Shown piece by piece: positions 28,274-36,780 of a DNA stretch of 64,000 nucleotides. A model generated the notes under the pieces. That model saw only the letters and a program-made list of their open reading frames with translations. It had not been told where the DNA came from and ran no database searches. The position numbers and the translations under genes were made by a program. The first letter of the stretch is position 1, and the number at the start of each line of letters is the position of its first letter. This stretch comes from an uncultured Candidatus Saccharibacteria bacterium (GTDB lineage: Bacteria; Patescibacteriota; Minisyncoccia; Phycocordibacterales; JAKFXT01). The DNA is taken from positions 4,986 through 68,985 of the forward strand of contig CAYLPX010000004.1 of the NCBI GenBank assembly GCA_964385825.1, read 5' to 3'.

Positions 28274-28870
28274 TTAACGTAACCAATAGGTCTTAAGGGT
28301 CACACTGAAATCATAAAAATCAGTTTTATCAAGCGGTTTCATAGATACAATAGTAACATCTAGAAGACGCAAAGAACTTTCTAACTTCTTGATGAATTCC
28401 TTAAAGACATTGTACTGAGCCGTTACATTAAAACTGAGAGTAACACTACCTACAGTTTGGTCTCCTCCAATTGCAATTTCGCGGGAATCACCACTTCCTG
28501 ATGCTGTACTTCCTCCACCCTTACTGTCCCCACCGGTAAAACGTAGGTTCTTGAGTACCAACCCAAGTGGCTGAGCGATATTGTTAATATCAATAATAAG
28601 GCGGATGTTATCAATAGAGTCTGGAAGGAGTTTAGCGAGGTTTGCTAGCTGTGTAGCATCAATACTGTTCTTACTTGCTACTAGTTTATTCTTTGCATCA
28701 TTTAGTTGCTGCGACTTGTTGATAGCTTCATCATACTTAGCGATTTCCGCTTGGATGGCTTTAATACCAGGTTTTGCCGGATCTTCGCTAGTGTACAGTG
28801 GGTTAACTACAGTAAGGAAAAGCCCTACTGAGATAACTACCAACACGATTTGAAAAATAATATTGTTCAT
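28274..28870 (-). CDS. pilO: PilO-like pilus assembly protein
   Basis: N-terminal TM, coiled-coil, periplasmic domain. Size and position match PilO. Confidence 0.55.
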   Translation of the reverse strand: MNNIIFQIVLVVISVGLFLTVVNPLYTSEDPAKPGIKAIQAEIAKYDEAINKSQQLNDAKNKLVASKNSIDATQLANLAKLLPDSIDNIRLIIDINNIAQPLGLVLKNLRFTGGDSKGGGSTASGSGDSREIAIGGDQTVGSVTLSFNVTAQYNVFKEFIKKLESSLRLLDVTIVSMKPLDKTDFYDFSVTLKTYWLR

Positions 28871-28875
28871 AAAAT

Positions 28876-29604
28876 TTAGCGCGTAGTATTAGTTGGAGCG
28901 GGAATGGTAGGTGTTCCATCAGTAGTTGAACTGGCAGTTGTATTCTCTGGTGTAGCCTGTTTAATCGCAGCCCGCAGGTCATTAACGGCTCGGTAGCGCA
29001 AAACCCCTGGATCAATAAGCGCTGAAACGCTAAAAGTAATATTCCCCGCTTCGTTTAGGTTAATGTTAGAAAAAATTGGCTCCTTGATTCCCTTTGTTTT
29101 AGAGAGTAGATCTGACTGAAGCGCAACGCTGTTATAACTCTTAGCAATACCGTTCATTTTAAACTGTATACCCCCCGCTTCCCCTGCTGCACCAGAAGCA
29201 TCCCCTGCGTCACTATTGGCAGCTGAAGTTATATCAAAACTAGAATAACTAATAGTCTTAAGCGTAGCTTGCTGCAAAATATCAAACACGCCAGAAATTG
29301 CGATATGTTTATCAAGTAATCCCTTTGCGGTTTCTATACGAGTATCAAGACGCTTTAATTCCTTAATAGTATCAATATCAAATCCCTTACGCGCCTTTTC
29401 AAGAGTTTCCTTTTTACCAACGAGTACTCCGGTGAGGTAATTTTGATAAAAATACGAACCAGCTGAAAGCGCAATCGCCCCCAAAAAAAGAATAACCGTA
29501 ATAACCGTAACGACACTAACGCCACGGTGCTCATACGAGGAAGTTCCTTCTGAAGGAACAAGGGGTCGCTTTGGAATAAAAGATGTTTGAGCGTTTCCGT
29601 CCAT
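28876..29604 (-). CDS. pilN: PilN-like fimbrial assembly protein
   Basis: Bitopic protein with a TM helix at ~40 and a coiled-coil, immediately after pilM. Confidence 0.55.
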   Translation of the reverse strand: MDGNAQTSFIPKRPLVPSEGTSSYEHRGVSVVTVITVILFLGAIALSAGSYFYQNYLTGVLVGKKETLEKARKGFDIDTIKELKRLDTRIETAKGLLDKHIAISGVFDILQQATLKTISYSSFDITSAANSDAGDASGAAGEAGGIQFKMNGIAKSYNSVALQSDLLSKTKGIKEPIFSNINLNEAGNITFSVSALIDPGVLRYRAVNDLRAAIKQATPENTTASSTTDGTPTIPAPTNTTR

Positions 29605-29682
29605 TACTTATTAGTATAGCAACAAAATGCGAACTCTCTATAAAAAAAGGAGTGAATAACTCTATGCCAGAAATCAGAAGGG

Positions 29683-30843
29683 CTAATTGTTTGTGGAAAG
29701 TTTGCGCAAGGCTATTCCAACCGCCACGGCAAACTCCGGACCAACGATTTTTAGTGTCTGTGCCAAAAAAGCTGGAGCAACTGTCTTACTAAACGGATCT
29801 GCTGCTACCACACTAGCTTGGAAATGTACCTTGGCAGCTTCTGCGAATCCACGCATAACTGCCCCGCCACCACAGAGTACTACTTTAGAAATAGTTCGAT
29901 TGTACTTTTTCTCATAGCTAAGAAGCATTTGATTTGCTTCAGTGAAGACATAGTCAAGTGTGAAAGAAATACTATCACTCACCTGTCTATGAGCTGGGTC
30001 AGTTGAGAGACCGATGGTTCGCTTAGCCTCTTCAGCCTTTTCTACCGCCATACCGAGTGACTCAGCGATCGAGAGTGTGATGTCCTGCGAACCACGGTTA
30101 ATGATGTGTGAGTCTTTAATAATGCCATGCTCCACTAGGTAGAGTTTTGTGGAACCTGCCCCCATGTCTAAAATCATAACTGGTTCTATACCCTGATCGA
30201 GGGATGAACGAGTAGTACTGAAAAGCTCTATTTCATATACTGGGTCAACCAAATCTAGTTCTTGAACAATAGTACGATTTTTCTCAAGAGCATCATTAAG
30301 GATAGCAACAAGGAGCACGTTAACCTTTTTAACGGACTTGTCATTTTTGTCGTCTTTTGGCTTTTCACTTTCGGGACGCTCGCCAGGACTATGAAGCCCC
30401 GCATCTTCTTTCGGAATAATCCACCAATCAAGAGTTACTTCTGAGATAGCAACGGGAATATACCGACGAGCCTCAATCGGTATCATTTCAGCCATACGTT
30501 TTTCACCTAAGTCTGGCATTTCAACAAGTGAAGTGAGACTGGAGGAAAGTGGTATCGCAATGCCAACATCACGCGCTGTAATATTGGCCTCACGGAGTAA
30601 GTCACCGAGGGCTTCTTTGATCTTATCAGGTGGTAAGTTAGTGGCTCGTCCCAATTCAAGTCCAGCATAGGGGCCGAGCGCTATTTCTCCATAACTCTCG
30701 AGCACTGCTCGGTTAGCCTTTTTGCGGAGCTGCACAACCTTAATAGCTGAAGCCCCAATATCAATGCCAACCACACTACCCCCTCCTCCGCTATTTTTAA
30801 AAAGCCCACTTACTAGTTTTTTGAATGAAAAGTCTATAGCCAT
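29683..30843 (-). CDS. pilM: type IV pilus assembly protein PilM (actin-like ATPase fold)
   Basis: VGIDIGASAIKVVQL phosphate-1 motif and MILDMGAGSTKL phosphate-2. 386 aa. Confidence 0.85.
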   Translation of the reverse strand: MAIDFSFKKLVSGLFKNSGGGGSVVGIDIGASAIKVVQLRKKANRAVLESYGEIALGPYAGLELGRATNLPPDKIKEALGDLLREANITARDVGIAIPLSSSLTSLVEMPDLGEKRMAEMIPIEARRYIPVAISEVTLDWWIIPKEDAGLHSPGERPESEKPKDDKNDKSVKKVNVLLVAILNDALEKNRTIVQELDLVDPVYEIELFSTTRSSLDQGIEPVMILDMGAGSTKLYLVEHGIIKDSHIINRGSQDITLSIAESLGMAVEKAEEAKRTIGLSTDPAHRQVSDSISFTLDYVFTEANQMLLSYEKKYNRTISKVVLCGGGAVMRGFAEAAKVHFQASVVAADPFSKTVAPAFLAQTLKIVGPEFAVAVGIALRKLSTNN

Positions 30844-30891
30844 GCGACAAAATTACTGCGAAAATATGACTACAGTATAGCATAAGGCCCT

Positions 30892-31560
30892 ATGAAGGAT
30901 TTATTAAGCAAAGTGGTACTCGTGGGTAAAAGTACTTCGGAAGTACTGATCAATTTTGTTTTTCCACGAAGAGAAAGTGCTGCCCTTTTCGTGGCACTAA
31001 CTGAAACTGATATTGCTAAGCGGGCAAAACACTCTGAAAGCTCGTTTGCCCTCTTTGACTATCACGACCCACTTATTCACAGTCTCATCTGGCATGCCAA
31101 ATACAAGGGAGATGCTTTGGCTATCGAGCTGATTGGAGGGCTCATGCGAAACAACCTCTATGAAGAGATCTCCGAGCGACTAGCTTTCAACGGAGGTGGT
31201 AAGGCCCTACTTATTCCGATTCCAGAAAGCAAGAAACGTCATCTTGAAAAGGGATTCAATCAAGTGGCGCTCATTGGGGAGGTTATAGCGGCAAAAGAGG
31301 GTAAAGAAATTTTTGAGCTTAACACCACCCTTTTAAAGCGGCAAAAGGAGGTGGTGCGTCAAACCGATCTTAAAAAGCGCACAGAGCGCCTCAAAAATAT
31401 GAAGGATGTGTTCACCGTAACTGACCCTGCCGTACTAAAAGACCGTGTAGTTGTTTTGATAGATGATGTGACCACAACCGGTGCCACACTTAACGAAGCT
31501 AGAAAAGTGCTAGAAAAATGTAAGCCAGCCCACATAGAAGTACTGGCCTTCGCGCATTAG
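30892..31560 (+). CDS. comFC: ComF-family phosphoribosyltransferase-like competence protein
   Basis: C-terminal PRTase motif VVLIDDVTTTGATLNEA. 222 aa. Confidence 0.6.
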   Translation: MKDLLSKVVLVGKSTSEVLINFVFPRRESAALFVALTETDIAKRAKHSESSFALFDYHDPLIHSLIWHAKYKGDALAIELIGGLMRNNLYEEISERLAFNGGGKALLIPIPESKKRHLEKGFNQVALIGEVIAAKEGKEIFELNTTLLKRQKEVVRQTDLKKRTERLKNMKDVFTVTDPAVLKDRVVVLIDDVTTTGATLNEARKVLEKCKPAHIEVLAFAH

Positions 31561-31563
31561 AAC

Positions 31564-32388
31564 TTATTTTGCGTAAGCTTCCTTTTCAGCTTGTATTATC
31601 TTTATTTGCTCTGCCGCACTCACTCGCACTCCTGCCGAAGCGTCAGTGGCCATAACTGTTTTAGCTAATGCTTGGGCATCACTATTACCAGTTGCTAAAG
31701 CCCCATCTACGGTAACCACAACAAAATTAGAGTGAGTTATGGGGATAATGACATTAGCCCCGAAACGCTGTGAACCATAGAACAGCGGGAGGCCTCCCAT
31801 AGTAGTGTGTGAAATATCAGCTGGCCTTGGCCCTTCAGGAACCCCATCGCTTGGATAAGGATACTCAAGCATCCATATCTTTTGTTTTGTATCAAAATAA
31901 TAATGCATAACATTACAAACAGGGCAGGCTCCTACTCCACTACTATCAACGATAGAAAATTCTGGTGAAACTACTTCCTCTATGAAAATTCGCTTTGATC
32001 CATCGGTTACCACCAACTTCTTTTTAATCTTCCCGCCCGGTATCCCCATAGCCTCTGCATACTTATTATCCAAATCTCCTATCTCTGTCATGTTTGTGGG
32101 CTTCACTTCTTTGACCTGCCAAGTACTAGGGTAAGCGAAAGAAAAACCAAAGTCAGTGTCAGTATAAATATTCATACCAGCAACTGATGAGGTGCTTATA
32201 TTAGCCTCAGGAACTAGAACATCTGTGGGTGTATTAATGGTCTCTGTTTTTATAGTTTGGACAGTCAACTGCTCATTACTTGTTTTTAAAGATCGCGCAT
32301 ACAAAGTGGCAATTGCTCCCAGTACAAGTAGGACCAGAACCGTGGTTAACAAAATCTTACTCACAAACATTCCTTTTTGGTAATTCAT
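31564..32388 (-). CDS. hypothetical secreted protein
   Basis: N-terminal TM/signal anchor. No motif. Confidence 0.4.
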   Translation of the reverse strand: MNYQKGMFVSKILLTTVLVLLVLGAIATLYARSLKTSNEQLTVQTIKTETINTPTDVLVPEANISTSSVAGMNIYTDTDFGFSFAYPSTWQVKEVKPTNMTEIGDLDNKYAEAMGIPGGKIKKKLVVTDGSKRIFIEEVVSPEFSIVDSSGVGACPVCNVMHYYFDTKQKIWMLEYPYPSDGVPEGPRPADISHTTMGGLPLFYGSQRFGANVIIPITHSNFVVVTVDGALATGNSDAQALAKTVMATDASAGVRVSAAEQIKIIQAEKEAYAK

Positions 32389-32545
32389 AGATACAAAGTA
32401 AGTAACTTATAGTAACAATACAACACCTATTTGTTTTATAAAAGGAAACCAACCCCTCTTTGAAAGAGCCAATTTTTGGTGTAAAGTGGCCAAGTAAATT
32501 ACGTTTGGAGACATGGTTATATACGCCACGTCTCCGATGAAATAC

Positions 32546-32633
32546 GGAGACGTGGCTGAGTGGTCGAAAGCACCTCACTGCTAACGAGGCGTCCCTTTAA
32601 AGGACCGTGGGTTCGAATCCCACCGTCTCCGCA
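32546..32633 (+). tRNA. tRNA-Ser (anticodon GCU), long variable arm
   Basis: GGAGACG TG GCTGAGTGGTCGAAAGC A CCTCA CTGCTAA CGAGG CGTCCCTTTAAAGGACC GTGGG TTCGAAT CCCAC CGTCTCC G. Type-II variable arm. CCA not encoded. Confidence 0.85.
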
Positions 32634-34341
32634 AACTTGGAATATCTACCGCAAAAGGTAGATATTCTGCTTTATTAGAGCCATCATTTTTAGGTTCGAA
32701 CGCTTTTGTCGTGTTCGGGTATCTCACTGCTATCGCTGCGTAGAGATCGAGCGGATTCCTCAAGGAAATACTCAACTTTTTATCTTTTAGGATTATGTTC
32801 GATCGCGATAGTGATGCGAAGATGTCTCGCTTCTGTTCAGGAGCACCTTCTTCAAACCACAATCGTGCTGCTGTGGCGAAACTGAATGAGTTCTCGGCCC
32901 AGTCCACCCACTCGTCGATCTTGCGTCCGGTATTTTGCCGTGAAGCCTCAATCGCATGCTTTTCATCCATAAGCACTTTTCGTTGTGGCGTGTATTCCTC
33001 AAGAGATAGCAAAGACTGATCTGCGTTTTCCGGTGATGTGTAGAGTCGTGTGAGATTTTGGAGTTGCTGCACGATATCCTTGTAGCGCTTTTCCTGCACG
33101 TCGATTGTTACGTTTTGGTTTTTGATTTGCTGATCGTTATCTTTTGCAAGTTCTTCCAATGCCCATTTCGTAAATGCGCTAGAGAGTTCTATTTTTGAGA
33201 GAGCGGAATCGAGAAGAAATTCAAGATCTTCGGCTCGGACCGATGTTTGCGTACACTTTGGATTTTTACGCTTTGTACAGTGATAATAAACATAATGTAG
33301 CGTGGTTGGATTCACCATATCCGCGATCTTTCTTTTACACTTGGGGCAGGCGTCTTTATTTGGAGAGGCGAACTTATGTTTGCATGAATCACAGATGATC
33401 TGATGTTTTTCTTCTGCTGTAACCATTGAGCCGCATTCGCCGCACTCCGTTCTGCCTGTGAATGGAAAGAAGTGACCGTTGCGAGGGTGTGCTTTTCCTT
33501 TGCGACCCAGTTTCTGCTGTATAAGTTCAAATTGATCCATCGTGATCATCGGCTCATGCGCTCCTTTCACCAATTCCTTCTCACCGGTGTCATGATTCCG
33601 TGCCTCAAAGTATCCAGTGTAAAAGGGTTCGGTAAGTAAGCGATAGATGCCCGCCATGGATACTATTTTGCCGCCTTGCCGTTTTGTTTGCCGCGTTCGC
33701 AAGCCCCACTTCTTCGCTTGAAGATAGAGTTGTCGCACCGAATAGTGCCCGGCAAGATATTCCTCGAAGATCCGCTTCACTAGATCAAATCGCTCGGGAT
33801 CTGGAACGATTGTTTTCTCTCCCTTGAGAGTGTGGATATTGTTGAGATAGCCGATCGGTGCAACTCCATTTCTCCACCCTTGCAGCGTTTTTGCACGGAG
33901 TCCTCTCTTCACGTTCGTGCTCAAATCGCGGATGTACTGATTTGCCATGCCGAACTCGAGCGAGGCAAGAAGCACGTTGTCCTCCGGATAGTAATCGCGT
34001 TCGACTGTTTTGATGTGTTGGATGATACCTTTTTGAAGCATCCAACTTATGCGTCCGGCATCAACCGGATTGCGGGCGAGACGATCCATCTTCCAACAGA
34101 TAATGCCTCGCGCTTCACCTTTCTCGATCCGATCGAGTACGTCATTGAAGACCTTTCGTCCCGGGGCCTTCGCTGACATTGACTCAAAAAGAGGTTCACC
34201 GACTATCTTCAGATTGAGTCGCTTTGCTAGTTTTTTGAGTTCATCAATCTGCGAAGACAAACTCAAAACCTGCCGATCCTCGTCCTCCGTGGACTTTCGG
34301 CAGTAGATGAAGTATTTCAGATTTGGATTTGCTGTTTTCAT
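32581..34341 (-). CDS. large serine recombinase (homolog of the island 1 recombinase); ORF overlaps ~50 nt of tRNA-Ser
   Basis: YCRKSTEDEDRQVLSLSSQ, IICWKMDRLARNPVDAGRISWMLQKGI, a CGECGS zinc ribbon, and a second Cys cluster CDSCKHKF...CPKCKRK. 586 aa. Confidence 0.85.
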   Translation of the reverse strand: MKTANPNLKYFIYCRKSTEDEDRQVLSLSSQIDELKKLAKRLNLKIVGEPLFESMSAKAPGRKVFNDVLDRIEKGEARGIICWKMDRLARNPVDAGRISWMLQKGIIQHIKTVERDYYPEDNVLLASLEFGMANQYIRDLSTNVKRGLRAKTLQGWRNGVAPIGYLNNIHTLKGEKTIVPDPERFDLVKRIFEEYLAGHYSVRQLYLQAKKWGLRTRQTKRQGGKIVSMAGIYRLLTEPFYTGYFEARNHDTGEKELVKGAHEPMITMDQFELIQQKLGRKGKAHPRNGHFFPFTGRTECGECGSMVTAEEKHQIICDSCKHKFASPNKDACPKCKRKIADMVNPTTLHYVYYHCTKRKNPKCTQTSVRAEDLEFLLDSALSKIELSSAFTKWALEELAKDNDQQIKNQNVTIDVQEKRYKDIVQQLQNLTRLYTSPENADQSLLSLEEYTPQRKVLMDEKHAIEASRQNTGRKIDEWVDWAENSFSFATAARLWFEEGAPEQKRDIFASLSRSNIILKDKKLSISLRNPLDLYAAIAVRYPNTTKAFEPKNDGSNKAEYLPFAVDIPSLRRRWDSNPRSFKGTPR

Positions 34342-34667
34342 ACTTTTGTTTCGTTATCGTTATCAGGTAAATAGTCCGGAGAAGTCCAGAAATCTCCAGA
34401 TCGCATATCTTTTCGGATCTTGCGAATCATTGTCGACATTTCTGCAACGCTCTGCGTTTTCGACACATTATGCCCACTTTTCATTTTCCGATTTGGGAAC
34501 AAAATTGCCATTTTTTGTTCATATTCAAGGTTATTTTGCTCTCGCTCCTTCTTCAAGAGTAAAACCGCCTTATCTCCCAATCGGGAGATGGTCATTCCTC
34601 TTTCCGACATCTCCTTTAGGATCGCGTGCGACTCCCTGCTTATGCGTATTTGGACGGTATCTCTCAT
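34338..34667 (-). CDS. ribbon-helix-helix (CopG/Arc-like) DNA-binding protein; translationally coupled to the recombinase
   Basis: N-terminal TVQIRISRESHAILKEMSERGMT beta-strand plus two helices. A 4-nt overlap with the recombinase start. Confidence 0.5.
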   Translation of the reverse strand: MRDTVQIRISRESHAILKEMSERGMTISRLGDKAVLLLKKEREQNNLEYEQKMAILFPNRKMKSGHNVSKTQSVAEMSTMIRKIRKDMRSGDFWTSPDYLPDNDNETKV

Positions 34668-35200
34668 GTTTTTTGGCTTTTATTGATAGAAAACTTATTT
34701 GCTAAATCCTTGCTAGCGGCGCTTATATCGAAGTTTTGGGCGCGCCGCATTGTTTGTAAAACAAAATCTCTGGAAGTATTCTCATTGGTACTCTCTGTAA
34801 TAGAATGCTCGCCTGTGCAAGCCAGTTTGTTAGATTCGACAGAATGATTTGCTCGACCCGTTTCAAGGCATGCTAGAAGCCGGATGATTATGATTTTGAA
34901 GTGGCGTTTTTGTGGGATCCCTCGTTTCTCAACCACGAGCACACCCAACTCTTTCCATCGTCTTATTGCTCGATCTTGTTCGCTTCGGGTAAGGGAGGTT
35001 TCTTCCTGTATTTCGGCGATTGTTTTGTAAATCCAGTCCGGTTTACGTCCTTTGCCCCACCAGTAGAGAAGTTGCGACAGAAAGAGTCCTGCTCCTGCAC
35101 TTTTCGCAATCCGCGCTAATGCAGGATTGAAAGCAATCGGTCTTTCCGAGATATGTTCGATCAAAGCGGAGTTATAGTTTTTGCTTACTTTTTTGGACAT
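34664..35200 (-). CDS. winged-helix DNA-binding protein (DnaD/replisome-organizer-like); possible element replication or regulatory factor
   Basis: KTIAEIQEETSLTRSEQDRAIRRWKELGVLVVEKRG wHTH. 178 aa. Confidence 0.35.
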   Translation of the reverse strand: MSKKVSKNYNSALIEHISERPIAFNPALARIAKSAGAGLFLSQLLYWWGKGRKPDWIYKTIAEIQEETSLTRSEQDRAIRRWKELGVLVVEKRGIPQKRHFKIIIIRLLACLETGRANHSVESNKLACTGEHSITESTNENTSRDFVLQTMRRAQNFDISAASKDLANKFSINKSQKT

Positions 35201-35388
35201 GGTTTCTTTTGCTCTTTGAGCATCTCGAGATATCGGGGGAGCATACGCTTCGGCATCGGCTGCATCACGATCCGAGCCAAGTTCAAAAACCGCTGCGCCT
35301 GTTCCGACGCTTCATCGAAGGTGAGATCCGTGCCGAACTCGGCCTTGTAGATCTCGCGGTATTTTTCGATGGCTTGAGGTGAGAGCAT
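35185..35388 (-). CDS. small hypothetical protein, homolog of island 1 gene 9501..9701
   Basis: See 9501..9701. The start is placed at the internal Met (MLSPQAIEKY). Confidence 0.45.
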   Translation of the reverse strand: MLSPQAIEKYREIYKAEFGTDLTFDEASEQAQRFLNLARIVMQPMPKRMLPRYLEMLKEQKKPCPKK

Positions 35389-35525
35389 GTAAAACGAAAT
35401 CTGCACACTCACGGGGGTGAAATGTGCAGATTCCGTCCCCCGTGAACTGATTGATTCCGTACACTGATTGTCTGAAAAGTCTGGGGTGCTTGGTATCGCT
35501 AGTTTGTAGAAACACAAAATAAAAA

Positions 35526-35545
35526 AGCCCGCATTTGCGGGAGAG
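35526..35545. terminator. rho-independent terminator
   Basis: GCCCGCA-TT-TGCGGGA stem with an A-run on the plus strand (a T-run for minus-strand transcripts from 35592..36152). Confidence 0.6.
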
Positions 35546-35591
35546 AATTGATCGCGAAAAAAGTTATCCCCTAGCAGGAACTAGCGATGAA

Positions 35592-36152
35592 CTATCCGAC
35601 TGTAGGATTTCTCAAAATGACACCTTTTCCTTCGAGAATCTCAATCAGTTTTTCACCTGTCGGAACGGTCTTTGGTAGATCTGAATATCGATAGATATCG
35701 CGAATCATGTTTTGTATCCTTTTTATTCCTTGATCAGGCATATCCTTTGCCTTTACACCATGTGCTTGTAGGTGTCGTTCTATTTTTGTGTAAGGCGCAT
35801 ACCCAAGTCCCACATCTTGAGAACGGAAAATTGCGTGGAATGTTTTTGCGTAAATTGCGTCATTATTTTGGAAAGTAACGGGATTGCCGTTGTATTCGAA
35901 TATGCCATCGTTTCTCTGTATGAGTAATTGATGTGATTTTTTTCGAATCAAACCTATTTTCTTTTCTTCATCTTGCCTGATTTTATCCATTCGAACATTG
36001 AACCGCATTGCTGTTCCGGCTGGATCTGTTAGGTCGAACCAAGGTGATTTATTTTTCTTATTCCCCCGTGATTTCATGGGTATATTATGCGCGTTTTTTC
36101 TGTGATTTGAAACTTCCAATGGCGTCGCGATTGCGGTATTATTGAAAGACAA
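35592..36152 (-). CDS. hypothetical protein (186 aa)
   Basis: No motif recognised. Confidence 0.4.
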   Translation of the reverse strand: MSFNNTAIATPLEVSNHRKNAHNIPMKSRGNKKNKSPWFDLTDPAGTAMRFNVRMDKIRQDEEKKIGLIRKKSHQLLIQRNDGIFEYNGNPVTFQNNDAIYAKTFHAIFRSQDVGLGYAPYTKIERHLQAHGVKAKDMPDQGIKRIQNMIRDIYRYSDLPKTVPTGEKLIEILEGKGVILRNPTVG

Positions 36153-36360
36153 CTGAATAGCCCGTGAGGGCAGGACCTAACCCATCAAGAACAACTTGGC
36201 GGCACGGTCTAGTTAGTCGATCAAGCATAAAAAACCCGTCATGGGGTTGCTTGATCGCCGTATGGGGAAACCTGTACGAGAGGGTTCGCCCTCTACCCGT
36301 GGCGGGCTTTTTGTGTCTCGCTACAGGTTTTATCAGGTTGATCAGCGATCAAGCCAACCT

Positions 36361-36780
36361 ATGAAAACAAAACATGATGTCATTTTGCCCGGACGCGGGA
36401 TTTACTGGATTATCGGCTCCATTGTCGGAGTCTGCGCCCTACTCGCGTTTACGGGCCTAGTTTTGGTGAACACGCCCGATTCTCGAGATGGATATGTTCA
36501 GCCATCAGAGTCGAAGACGACCATAACGCCTGATCGTCAGCAGGAAGCGGTTAGAGCGATGGCAGATTTTATGGTGAAAGATAATAACGTGATCGGCCTT
36601 CGAATGTGGGCACGATCGCTTGGAATATCAAGCCCGGAGTTTTCAAGTACAGCAACCCTCCGTGAGGAGATTAGGCGTGCTTCAAGCGACTTTATGATTT
36701 ATCGCGACAAGAACGAGATGCTGCGTCTTGTTGAATTGTTAGGTAGTGATGCTGCTACTCTCAACGAAGTTGTTCGCTAG
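36361..36780 (+). CDS. hypothetical membrane-anchored protein
   Basis: One TM helix after MKTKHDVILPGRGIYWIIGSIVGVCALLAF. Confidence 0.4.
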   Translation: MKTKHDVILPGRGIYWIIGSIVGVCALLAFTGLVLVNTPDSRDGYVQPSESKTTITPDRQQEAVRAMADFMVKDNNVIGLRMWARSLGISSPEFSSTATLREEIRRASSDFMIYRDKNEMLRLVELLGSDAATLNEVVR